Positions 9,616-18,170 of a stretch of DNA of 64,000 nt are shown in pieces. Within the stretch, counting starts at the first letter, position 1, and each line of letters begins with the position of its first letter. A model generated the notes under the pieces. That model did not search any database and was not told the DNA's origin. It worked only from the letters and a program-made list of their open reading frames with translations. The translations under genes were made by a program, and so were the position numbers. The stretch spans positions 704,001 to 768,000 of the forward strand of contig CBDCUI010000007.1 in NCBI GenBank assembly GCA_965222615.1, written 5' to 3'. Source of the DNA: Gammaproteobacteria bacterium (GTDB lineage Bacteria; Pseudomonadota; Gammaproteobacteria; UBA4575).

Positions 9616-9843
9616 ATGTGGGGACTAAAGAGGCAAGCGCAAGCAAAGCCTTACTTAAATAATAGACGTGGTGAAAGCGAAGATCGGCGAGTTTTTGGCC
9701 CACCGACACGATTTCCTTTTATCGACGGTACTGGGAAAATTATCAAAGTAGATCGGCGTTCAACACCTGATCGTCGATTAGCAAACATTCAAGTTAGAGA
9801 AGATTATCTGGATTTTGACACTAATCGTTTTCTTCGTAAGTGA
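9616..9843 (+). CDS. Small Arg-rich protein with tandem (D/N)RR motifs
   Basis: GGAG RBS upstream. NRRGESEDRR and DRRSTPDRR repeats. Confidence 0.65.
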   Translation: MWGLKRQAQAKPYLNNRRGESEDRRVFGPPTRFPFIDGTGKIIKVDRRSTPDRRLANIQVREDYLDFDTNRFLRK

Positions 9844-9886
9844 TTTGAATATTCTTGTTTGTAACAACATTCACTTTCAAATAACT

Positions 9887-10321
9887 TCAAGCAACATTTA
9901 ATCGATTCATTATGCTGCGTTTATTTACAGAGATGTCAGCAAGTGTGTATTGGTCTAATGTTTCTAAAAATGCACTTAACGCATCTGATAATATATGTTG
10001 CAGCTTACATACCTTTACTATTGGGCATTTAGTTTCTGAGTCAAAACATTCAACAATGTGAAAATCAGATTCGGTTTTTCTGATTACATCACCAAGCGAA
10101 ATGTCATGGGGATCTAGTGCTAATTCAAATCCGCCCCCCTTACCTTGAATACAATTGATGTAACCGAGTTGACCAAGCTTATGGACAACCATACGAATGT
10201 GGTGAACGGAGATTGAATACGCTTCTGCCAATTCTGAAATGGTGATCAAATTACCATCAGGTTTGCTGGCTAAATAAATTAAGACTCGCAAAGCATAATC
10301 GGAAAATTTTGTTACACGCAT
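9887..10321 (-). CDS. nsrR: Rrf2-family NO-sensing repressor, NsrR-like
   Basis: MRVTKFSDYALRVLIYLA with Asp8, QGKGGGFEL wing, three Cys in VECFDSETKCPIVKVCKL. Divergent from an NO-reductase-like operon. Confidence 0.85.
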   Translation of the reverse strand: MRVTKFSDYALRVLIYLASKPDGNLITISELAEAYSISVHHIRMVVHKLGQLGYINCIQGKGGGFELALDPHDISLGDVIRKTESDFHIVECFDSETKCPIVKVCKLQHILSDALSAFLETLDQYTLADISVNKRSIMNRLNVA

Positions 10322-10389
10322 AAATAAATATCCTGTTTTCAGCCATAAAACAATAGCCCATATCTTACGAACAGATAGTAGTGCTTAAA

Positions 10390-10412
10390 AAGATCTATTT
10401 ACTTTAGATCTT
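10390..10412. promoter_or_regulatory. NsrR-like operator 1 (AAGATCTATTT-A-CTTTAGATCTT)
   Basis: 23-bp 11-1-11 inverted repeat resembling the NsrR consensus AAGATGYATTT-N-AAATRCATCTT, in the nsrR/norS intergenic region. Confidence 0.7.
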
Positions 10413-10426
10413 ATTAGGTATATTTT

Positions 10427-10449
10427 ACCATCTATTTTAAATAGATGTT
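10427..10449. promoter_or_regulatory. NsrR-like operator 2 (ACCATCTATTT-T-AAATAGATGTT)
   Basis: Perfect 9-1-9 core CATCTATTT-T-AAATAGATG with the same half-site as operator 1. Confidence 0.7.
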
Positions 10450-10525
10450 TAACTAAATAGACTGGAAAGCATTATTAAATGCAGGTTATTTGCTACGTCG
10501 ATTTAAAAATATGGAGGAGAGTATT

Positions 10526-11050
10526 ATGTATCAAGAAATCTCGTGGGTTGTGACATTAATCCTTGTGGCATTGTTGGCGTTATTTTTTATTATCGTTGCA
10601 AAAAATGCTTCGGTTACAAACACCGATTACTCCGCAATTCAAAAAAACGCATATAGTTTACGTACAAAACTGTTCTTTCTGATATTGCTTATCATCATCC
10701 CGGTTATTGGATATACCCTTACTAAGATGCCGTATCCAAAAAATTCAGCACTTGCAGAAGCTTCAAAAGTAGTCGATGCAATTGGTCATCAATGGCATTG
10801 GGAAATAAGCGATACCAGTGCAAAAGTAGGTGAAACGGTTTTATATAAGGTCACTTCTGCTGATGTGAATCATGGGTTTGGTGTCTACGATCCTGATCTC
10901 AATGTTATTGGCCAGACTCAAGCGATGCCTGGCTATACGAATAATTTGCTCATTACTTTTCAAAAAGCGGGAACGTATAAAATCCTTTGTTTAGAGTTTT
11001 GTGGTGTGGCGCATCATGACATGGTCACAGAAATAAATGTTAGTGAATAA
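10526..11050 (+). CDS. norS: Heme-copper oxidoreductase subunit II with CuA site (sNOR subunit NorS-like)
   Basis: Two TMs, HQWHW, DVNHGF and CLEFCGVAHHDM CuA ligands. ATG 10526 follows a GGAGGAG RBS (the track start at 10490 is probably too long). Confidence 0.8.
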   Translation: MYQEISWVVTLILVALLALFFIIVAKNASVTNTDYSAIQKNAYSLRTKLFFLILLIIIPVIGYTLTKMPYPKNSALAEASKVVDAIGHQWHWEISDTSAKVGETVLYKVTSADVNHGFGVYDPDLNVIGQTQAMPGYTNNLLITFQKAGTYKILCLEFCGVAHHDMVTEINVSE

Positions 11051-11068
11051 AAAGAGAGGTGGCTAAAA

Positions 11069-12505
11069 ATGAATACGCTTAGTGTACCCATCGCAGGAAA
11101 GAGAACGATTTACGCCTATATCGCTATATTTGGTGCGGTAGTGGTGCTTATGATGTTTCTGGGTTTAGTCATGCGCGCTGCACAAGGCGGCACACTTGCA
11201 ATTGCGCCCGACTTTTTTTATCAAATTATGACTGCACATGGAGTTGGTATGGTGGGGATCGCTGGTTTAGGGGGTGCGGCCATCATGTGGTACTTCTTAC
11301 GCCAGTATGTTGAGTTGTATACGGGGATTTTGGTTACTAACCTACTATTGTTTCTCACTGGTGTAGTGTGCATTCTTGCGGCTATATTTTTAGGTAAATT
11401 TGGTGCTGGCTGGACTTTTTTATTTCCATTGCCTGGTCAATCCGCAGGCGCATGGCCTGCAGGAGCCGCCGTATTGTTTCTCAGCGGTGTGTTAATTATT
11501 GGTGTCGGCTTTTTATTGTTTTACTTAGATGCGGGGCGTGCCATTATTTCGAAATACGGTAGCTTTGCAAAGTCTTTGGGTTGGCCACAGTTGTTTGGAA
11601 ACGACGATGGCAATGCCCCTCCTCCAACCGTTGTGGCAAGCACGATGGTCACTATTGTAAATACTTTAGCGTTGATTGCAGGGGCTTCAATATTGGTCAT
11701 GATGATTATCAATATATTAATTCCATCGTTTAAGGTAGATGCACTGCTTGCTAAGAATTTAATCTACTTTTTTGGTCATACCTTCATCAATGCGACGATA
11801 TATATGGCGATTATTTCTGTATACGAAATTTTGCCTAGATACACCAATCGTCCTTGGAAATCTAACAAAATATTTTTAGCTGCTTGGACCGCATCTACCA
11901 TCATGGTGCTGATTGTGTATCCTCATCATTTGTTTATGGATTTCGTTATGCCAACCTGGATGCTTGTCATGGGTCAAATCATCTCCTACACAAGTGGACT
12001 GCCCGTATTACTTGTCACCATGATTGGAACCTTAGCTATTGTGCATCGTTCTGGTATTAAATGGGATCTGGCATCCGGCTTACTTTTCTTTTCTATTTTT
12101 GGTTGGGCCGGTGGTGTCATCCCCGCAGTGATCGACGGAACCATTGCCGTAAATCACGTCATGCACAATACCATGTGGGTGCCTGGCCATTTTCATTTTT
12201 ACTTAATTTTGGGAATGGTTGCGATGGTATTTGGCTTTATGTACTACTTACTTAAAGCGGAGAAAAACTGTACCGATAATGCAATCGATCGCGGTGGCTT
12301 TTGGATCTATGCCATCACTGGCACGGTATTCGTGTTTATATTTTTAATTTCCGGTAAAGAAGGTATTGCTAGGCGCTTTGCAGTACATTTCCCTGAATGG
12401 CAGAGTTATTCCAGCATCGCTTCGATTTTTGCCATATTTATTTTACTCGGTGCAGCGATATTTACGCTACGGTTCATATTGCGTTTAAATTCCAAGCCTG
12501 TATAG
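11069..12505 (+). CDS. norY: Heme-copper superfamily subunit I, sNOR-type nitric oxide reductase (NorY-like)
   Basis: Six His ligands (TAHG, FGH, YPHH, GHFH). Helix VI reads H-T-F-I-N instead of H-P-x-V-Y. Gene order subunit II, subunit I, SCO, membrane ORF matches norSY-senC-orf1. Confidence 0.8.
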   Translation: MNTLSVPIAGKRTIYAYIAIFGAVVVLMMFLGLVMRAAQGGTLAIAPDFFYQIMTAHGVGMVGIAGLGGAAIMWYFLRQYVELYTGILVTNLLLFLTGVVCILAAIFLGKFGAGWTFLFPLPGQSAGAWPAGAAVLFLSGVLIIGVGFLLFYLDAGRAIISKYGSFAKSLGWPQLFGNDDGNAPPPTVVASTMVTIVNTLALIAGASILVMMIINILIPSFKVDALLAKNLIYFFGHTFINATIYMAIISVYEILPRYTNRPWKSNKIFLAAWTASTIMVLIVYPHHLFMDFVMPTWMLVMGQIISYTSGLPVLLVTMIGTLAIVHRSGIKWDLASGLLFFSIFGWAGGVIPAVIDGTIAVNHVMHNTMWVPGHFHFYLILGMVAMVFGFMYYLLKAEKNCTDNAIDRGGFWIYAITGTVFVFIFLISGKEGIARRFAVHFPEWQSYSSIASIFAIFILLGAAIFTLRFILRLNSKPV

Positions 12506-12514
12506 ATATCCGTC

Positions 12515-13126
12515 ATGAAGGTATTTCGAAATACGGCGTTGACGTTACTCGTCGGTATCGTAGTCCTGTTTTTTACTACCAGTGGCTTCAAGGCATTTAC
12601 TTCAGAAGGCGCAAGAAGGCTTCACATTGAACAGCACCCTATTACTTTACCTAACATTCCTCTAAATAGCTCATCAGGTGAAGAGTTCTTTATTCAAGAC
12701 TTGCAAAATAAAATCGTATTAGTTGATTTTATTTTTACAAATTGCACAAGCATTTGCCCAATGATGACGCAAAATTTCCGAACATTACAAAAGGAATTGC
12801 AATCCTCGCCATTGCAGGAGTTTGTTGTACTACTTACGGTAAGTTTTGATCCTGATCGAGATACAAATCAAGTATTAGCTGAATATGCTGGGGCAGTGAA
12901 AGCCAATACTGCTTTGTGGAAGTTTGCCACGGTTACCGATAAAAAGAATCTACAAGAATTGTTAAATACATTTGGGATAGTGGTGATCCCAGCACCTGAT
13001 GGCCAATATGAGCATAACGGCGCTATTCATCTAATTAATCAGTTTGGGAAATTAGCCAAAATATATGACTATGCTGCTACGGAACTGATTTTGAACGACT
13101 TAAAATCAATAAATCATGTCTTATAA
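12515..13126 (+). CDS. senC: SCO1/SenC copper chaperone
   Basis: FIFTNCTSICP (CxxxC), SFDPDRD and distal His in YEHNG. Confidence 0.9.
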   Translation: MKVFRNTALTLLVGIVVLFFTTSGFKAFTSEGARRLHIEQHPITLPNIPLNSSSGEEFFIQDLQNKIVLVDFIFTNCTSICPMMTQNFRTLQKELQSSPLQEFVVLLTVSFDPDRDTNQVLAEYAGAVKANTALWKFATVTDKKNLQELLNTFGIVVIPAPDGQYEHNGAIHLINQFGKLAKIYDYAATELILNDLKSINHVL

Positions 13127-13748
13127 ACAAAGTCATTACTCACCATTCTATGGATTAAATAGTCACAGAGTGGTGCAACTGAATTTATTTTCTACTTTAT
13201 TCAATTTGGTCAGTTATAAAACGGTTATTGCATTGGCTCTAATATTTTTGCTTGCAACTCCGCTGGTTAGGGAAAGCTTAGAACAGTACATGCTAACGCA
13301 TGTACTCATTCAACTCCCGTTACTAGTGATATGTGGTATGTGCATTGCTGATGATATGGTAGAACAAACTAAGTTCACTATTGCGTATCAATATTCACTT
13401 CCACTCGTAGCCATTGCGTTAGTTACCGCAATGATTTGGATGTTGCCACGCATGTTGGATATCTCACTTGAGCATTCAAGTTATGTGTGGGCAAAATTTA
13501 TATCATTACCGTTTTTACTAGGTCTTCCACTTAGACTTGGTTGGAGAAATGTAGGTCCAATCACCAAGGCATTTATCATCACAAACATTTTAAGCATGCT
13601 AATTGTGTTGGCATGGCTTTATATCGAAGCCCCGACTCGCTTATGCAATTACTACTTAATCGATGAGCAACACAACTTAGGTATAAGTCTAATTTACATT
13701 TCAGGGTTGGTTTCACTGTACTGGATTGCCAAACTATTTAAAGTATAA
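13116..13748 (+). CDS. Polytopic membrane protein, CtaG(caa3)-like assembly factor (orf1 of sNOR clusters)
   Basis: Multiple TMs with MLTHVLIQLPLL, WMLPRMLD and RLCNYY. Overlaps the SCO stop. Confidence 0.65.
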   Translation: MSYKQSHYSPFYGLNSHRVVQLNLFSTLFNLVSYKTVIALALIFLLATPLVRESLEQYMLTHVLIQLPLLVICGMCIADDMVEQTKFTIAYQYSLPLVAIALVTAMIWMLPRMLDISLEHSSYVWAKFISLPFLLGLPLRLGWRNVGPITKAFIITNILSMLIVLAWLYIEAPTRLCNYYLIDEQHNLGISLIYISGLVSLYWIAKLFKV

Positions 13749-13813
13749 GTAAGACAAATATTTAAATAGCGAAGCGAAATACAGACAATAAAAAATTTCT
13801 ATAATAAAAATTT

Positions 13814-14374
13814 ATGAAAAACTCAAAGCTAGTAGATTATCTTGGAATTGATTGCAGCGATGTAAGTCACAAAGAACGCATCATATCTGCAGTAGGGGGA
13901 TTTGTAGGCATTGCGGCGATATATTTTATTTGCGATATGGTTTTAGGCGATGATAAATCTAAATTTATTATTATTGCATCCATGGGTTCAACGGCGGTTT
14001 TACTTTTTGCTGCCCCATTAAGTCCGCTAACTCAACCCTGGAATGTTTTAGGTAGTCACTTTATTGCTGCAGTTATAGGCGTAAGTTGTGCAAAAATTTT
14101 CAGCTATGAATTAGTTGCCACGGCAGCAAGTGTTGGACTTTCTATCGGGGCTACTCATTATGCACGTTGCATTCACCCACCGAGTGGGGCCACGGCATTG
14201 GGTGCTGTCGTTGGTGGTCAGCATGTACATGCGCTGGGCTACGAATTTGTATTGATCCCCGTCATGTTTAATGTCGTTATTATATTTTTGGTAGCGATAC
14301 TTTTTAATATGCCGTTTAGTTGGAGACGATATCCGAAAACTCTTGCCATCCCAATTTCAAAGCAAGAAGAGTGA
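13814..14374 (+). CDS. HPP-family integral membrane protein (candidate nitrite transporter)
   Basis: ASMGSTAVLLFAAPLSPLTQPWN and CIHPPSGATAL signature motifs. Confidence 0.9.
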   Translation: MKNSKLVDYLGIDCSDVSHKERIISAVGGFVGIAAIYFICDMVLGDDKSKFIIIASMGSTAVLLFAAPLSPLTQPWNVLGSHFIAAVIGVSCAKIFSYELVATAASVGLSIGATHYARCIHPPSGATALGAVVGGQHVHALGYEFVLIPVMFNVVIIFLVAILFNMPFSWRRYPKTLAIPISKQEE

Positions 14375-14436
14375 TTCAAAAATGCCTGAGATGTAGATGG
14401 TGTTAGCTCGCAAGTTCTGACTCCTTCACCGAGTTA

Positions 14437-14724
14437 CTACCCTGTTATTTCGTAAACGCGGATGCTTGCAACAAATGGATTTTCCCGAGCAATCTTTTCA
14501 GCATCATCTAGATTTTCGGCATTAATAATCGAATAGCCCGTAATGGATTCCATCCCCATTGCCAAGTCCTGGGTGCCACTAGGCGAGATTTCTCGTGCAC
14601 CGCCATGGAAACCGCCGTGTTCCACACTTTTGTCGGCAACTGATTCAAACCACTTGCCCCATGCTGCCATGATTTCCGGCGTGGGTTTTTCAAATCCAAA
14701 ATGTAGCAACATGAATTTTTTCAT
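14437..14724 (-). CDS. YciI/DGPF-like dimeric alpha-beta barrel protein
   Basis: MKKFMLLH start, MAAWGKWF, ITGYSIINAENLDDA. AGGAG RBS. Confidence 0.75.
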   Translation of the reverse strand: MKKFMLLHFGFEKPTPEIMAAWGKWFESVADKSVEHGGFHGGAREISPSGTQDLAMGMESITGYSIINAENLDDAEKIARENPFVASIRVYEITG

Positions 14725-14909
14725 TTTTCTCTCCTACTAGTGTTTTTTTCTATCCACAAAAGGCTTGTTTTGAGGGTTAAATCATCTGCAACGATTGGTA
14801 AGTCTTAAAAGAGTGATCAATATGCCAAGATTATGTGAATGGATAAACAGAGTATGTCATACCGACATACACTTTATAATATTTGTATTAAATATAATAA
14901 AACTTGCAG

Positions 14910-15956
14910 TCAGATTTGTATGGAATCGTGTGGGCGGGTACTTGAGAGAATTTTTGCAATATGTTTGTAAGTTACTTCACCATTGTCTATTCGAGTTTTT
15001 TCATGGTCCGTGATAAACACAAGCTCACCGAGTACCTCAAGGCCGCCAATGATGCCTTGCATGTCTAATGAACGAGCACGTTGTTGATCACGTGGAATAA
15101 AATAAAACTCAATCTCTCCACTATGATTATTCAATGAGGAAATAATATTTGCTGAGAGCCGATTTTGTACTTTATTGTTATTTATTAACCAATTTTTTAC
15201 CCAATTATTAACGCGCTTTATAATATCCCTTTTTTGACCTTGCCAGTACCATGCGTGTACTGGGTAGTCTAAAGACTGATGTGCGTTGGTAGTTTTTTGC
15301 CTAGGTGCTAATTCAATGGGAAAACGATATTCATCATTCTCTCGCTTAATTACGTGCAAATGAAAATGTGCAGATATAGATGCACCTGCATTAATACCGT
15401 TGTAAAAAACTACATAGCCTGGCAGCTTGGATGATAAATCAATAGTGTCATCAATAATTTTCTCAATTGAGAATGCATCTAGGTCCTTATTATTTCGATC
15501 CCATGCTTGTGCAATGTGCTCACGCGTTACAACTAATGCATGCACTGGCATCAGTGGGAAAGGATTCATTAAAACAGTATAGGCAGTGTTGTTAATAGAA
15601 ATATCATAACCTAACTCTTTTCCATTTTGTTGCCAGCCAATATTATCTCTGCATAACACACAACTTTTATGCATCTCTATTGCACCGGGGGGAGGTTTTC
15701 TAGCGCTACTAAAACGATTCAATCGATTTGGGTTATATTGAATGCTTAAATATCTACTTGCGTCCTCAGGATGAGGAAATTGAAATCTTTGTAAATTTGC
15801 TAAATCGTCTTTGACAAAACCTAGCTCTTTTTGATTTTGATATAACGCTTCAACAGTTTTTGCCAGTCCATCTCGCTGTTCAATTTGTTTTAGATGAAGG
15901 CCCAGTTTGTACCAACTTTCATCAAATTCCTTTTTGTTAAATAAATTCCCTTTCAT
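14910..15956 (-). CDS. HIT-superfamily nucleotide phosphorylase/hydrolase (DUF4922 / GDP-glucose phosphorylase-like)
   Basis: QYNPNR, CVLC, LMNPFPLMPVH, FYNGINAGASISAHFHLH. Confidence 0.7.
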   Translation of the reverse strand: MKGNLFNKKEFDESWYKLGLHLKQIEQRDGLAKTVEALYQNQKELGFVKDDLANLQRFQFPHPEDASRYLSIQYNPNRLNRFSSARKPPPGAIEMHKSCVLCRDNIGWQQNGKELGYDISINNTAYTVLMNPFPLMPVHALVVTREHIAQAWDRNNKDLDAFSIEKIIDDTIDLSSKLPGYVVFYNGINAGASISAHFHLHVIKRENDEYRFPIELAPRQKTTNAHQSLDYPVHAWYWQGQKRDIIKRVNNWVKNWLINNNKVQNRLSANIISSLNNHSGEIEFYFIPRDQQRARSLDMQGIIGGLEVLGELVFITDHEKTRIDNGEVTYKHIAKILSSTRPHDSIQI

Positions 15957-16061
15957 ATTTATTCATCCAAAAAATAATAGTTGTATATCGCGTCGTAAGC
16001 CGGTAAAAGCAGCGTATTGTACTGAATATATAATCCTTAACAAGCTAAGAGGGCACAATTT

Positions 16062-16712
16062 ATGCAAGGTGATTCCATAGTTATAGAAGAACATCACAGA
16101 AAATCAGCACATGGAGTCTGTGAACTTCTATTATCTGAGCTTAATAGTATAAATAGCCGTTTTACACTTACAATCGCAGGTGAATCTGGAAGTGGAAAAT
16201 CAGAGATCGCGATGGCTTTGGCCGAAGAGCTCGAAACACATGCATTTACTACGGTTATATTCCAACAAGACGATTATTTTGTGTACCCACCCAAAACAAA
16301 TGATCATACAAGGAGGCAGGATATAAATTGGGTGGGACCGCAAGAGGTACATTTGGGCTTACTAGATGAACACCTCCGGGATTTCATAGACGGGAAACAG
16401 TCCGTTAACAAACCTCTAGTTAGTTATGTTGATGATGCAATTACAACTGAACTTCTGGAATTCAATTTGGCACGCATAGCCATCGCTGAGGGTACATACA
16501 CATCATTATTAAGCAACATCAACCGACGTATATTTATTGATCGAAATTATATGGATACAAAAAAACATAGAGAACGACGCATGCGTGATTCTTCTGAGCT
16601 TGATGAATTCATAGATTCAGTATTGACTATTGAACATGACATTATTTCAGCCCATAAAGAAAAAGCTGACATCATAATTAACAAGGATTATTCAGTAATA
16701 CGTAATTCATAA
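16062..16712 (+). CDS. P-loop kinase of the uridine kinase/phosphoribulokinase family
   Basis: Walker A IAGESGSGKS, QDDYF, IAEGTY. Confidence 0.8.
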   Translation: MQGDSIVIEEHHRKSAHGVCELLLSELNSINSRFTLTIAGESGSGKSEIAMALAEELETHAFTTVIFQQDDYFVYPPKTNDHTRRQDINWVGPQEVHLGLLDEHLRDFIDGKQSVNKPLVSYVDDAITTELLEFNLARIAIAEGTYTSLLSNINRRIFIDRNYMDTKKHRERRMRDSSELDEFIDSVLTIEHDIISAHKEKADIIINKDYSVIRNS

Positions 16713-16726
16713 AAAAGGAACAAGTT

Positions 16727-18145
16727 TTGTATATTGCATTTATCAATCCACAAGGAAATTTTGACAAATACGATTCATTTCTCACGGAACATCCTGATTT
16801 TGGTGGTCAGCTTGTATATGTTAAGGAGATTTGTCGGGCACTTGCGGATTTAGGCGCACAAGTAGATATTTTAACGAGGTGGATTGACGATTCAGAATGG
16901 TCGGGCTTTGAAAAGCCGATAGATTACTTTTCTGAAGAGGATAACAATCCGCGCATAGTACGAATTAAGTGTGGTGGCAACCGTTTTCTCAACAAAGAAG
17001 CATTATGGCCATATCTTCCAGAATTTGTTGACAATATAATGAAATTTTATGGTTCTGATTTGCCAGACTTTTTTACTGCACACTATGCCGATGCTGGATA
17101 TTGTGCAGCGCTACTAGAAAATAAGAGTGGTCGAGGATTTACTTTTACCGGTCATTCCTTAGGCGCACAGAAGCTAGATAAGCTTATTACTACACTGGGC
17201 GATATAGACAGAATCGAAGACCAGTTTTATTTCTCCAAGCGTATTGATGCAGAGCGCATAAGCATGCAACACGCATGCAAAATTATTACATCAACCCGAC
17301 AAGAACGAATGGAACAGTATTCACATCCACTCTATATAGGAGCCATAGATACACAGGAGGATGCAAAGTTTGAAGTGATACCTCCAGGAGTAAATTCGAA
17401 GATATTTTGTTCAGAACAGCAAAAAGCTGACCAAAAGATATTTGATAAAATCAGCGCAATCTTACCTCAACAAAATCAGCCTTATATCATTTCCTCAAGT
17501 CGACTCGATCACAAGAAAAATATTTTCTCTTTAGTAAAAGCTTATGCAGAATCAAAGGAACTTCGTGAGATTGCTAGACTGGCAATTTTTATACGTGGAG
17601 TTAGTGATCCATTTGCCGATATTTCAACTCTCACAGAAGATGAGCAAAAAGTTTTACAACCTATCTTAGATGTCATAGAACAATCTGCAATCATAAATCT
17701 AGTCGATTTCATTGATATGCGATCACAGGCTGAGTTAGCCGCAGCGTATCGTTTTTTTGCTGCACGAAATTCAGTTTTTGCACTTACTGCACTGTACGAA
17801 CCATTTGGCTTGGCACCTATTGAAGCTGCTGCATGTGGTCTTGCCGTAGTGGCAACTAAAAATGGCGGTCCTTCAGAAATATTTCAAAATGGTTCAGGGG
17901 TTCTTGTCGATCCTCTTAATACTGAAGATATTGCTAAAGGCTGTATACAGGCATTGAAACATGCAACGGATCTAGCTGATAAAGCTAAAATATTAGTTAA
18001 TGAAAAATACACATGGGCACAAACGGCAAAGCGGTATCTGCACGTGATAAAAGAGTGCGCTGCGAGAGGGCATTCAGAATTAATAGATTCTCAATACACT
18101 ATAAACGCACAAGATAGAATTAAAGAATATTTAATAAATTCTTAG
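16727..18145 (+). CDS. GT4 glycosyltransferase, sucrose-phosphate synthase-like (no phosphatase domain)
   Basis: NPQGNFD..TEHPDFGGQLVYVKE, HYADAG, TGHSLGAQK, SRLDHKKN, LYEPFGLAPIEAAACGL. Confidence 0.85.
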   Translation: MYIAFINPQGNFDKYDSFLTEHPDFGGQLVYVKEICRALADLGAQVDILTRWIDDSEWSGFEKPIDYFSEEDNNPRIVRIKCGGNRFLNKEALWPYLPEFVDNIMKFYGSDLPDFFTAHYADAGYCAALLENKSGRGFTFTGHSLGAQKLDKLITTLGDIDRIEDQFYFSKRIDAERISMQHACKIITSTRQERMEQYSHPLYIGAIDTQEDAKFEVIPPGVNSKIFCSEQQKADQKIFDKISAILPQQNQPYIISSSRLDHKKNIFSLVKAYAESKELREIARLAIFIRGVSDPFADISTLTEDEQKVLQPILDVIEQSAIINLVDFIDMRSQAELAAAYRFFAARNSVFALTALYEPFGLAPIEAAACGLAVVATKNGGPSEIFQNGSGVLVDPLNTEDIAKGCIQALKHATDLADKAKILVNEKYTWAQTAKRYLHVIKECAARGHSELIDSQYTINAQDRIKEYLINS

Positions 18146-18170
18146 TTTGTAAAGATTTGACTTAACTTGA

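Noticed and set aside
11069-12505. Calling this a second cytochrome c oxidase (cbb3/ba3 subunit I)
   Set aside because: The cross-linking Tyr of helix VI is replaced by Asn, there are no ccoO/ccoP genes, and the NsrR context points to NO.
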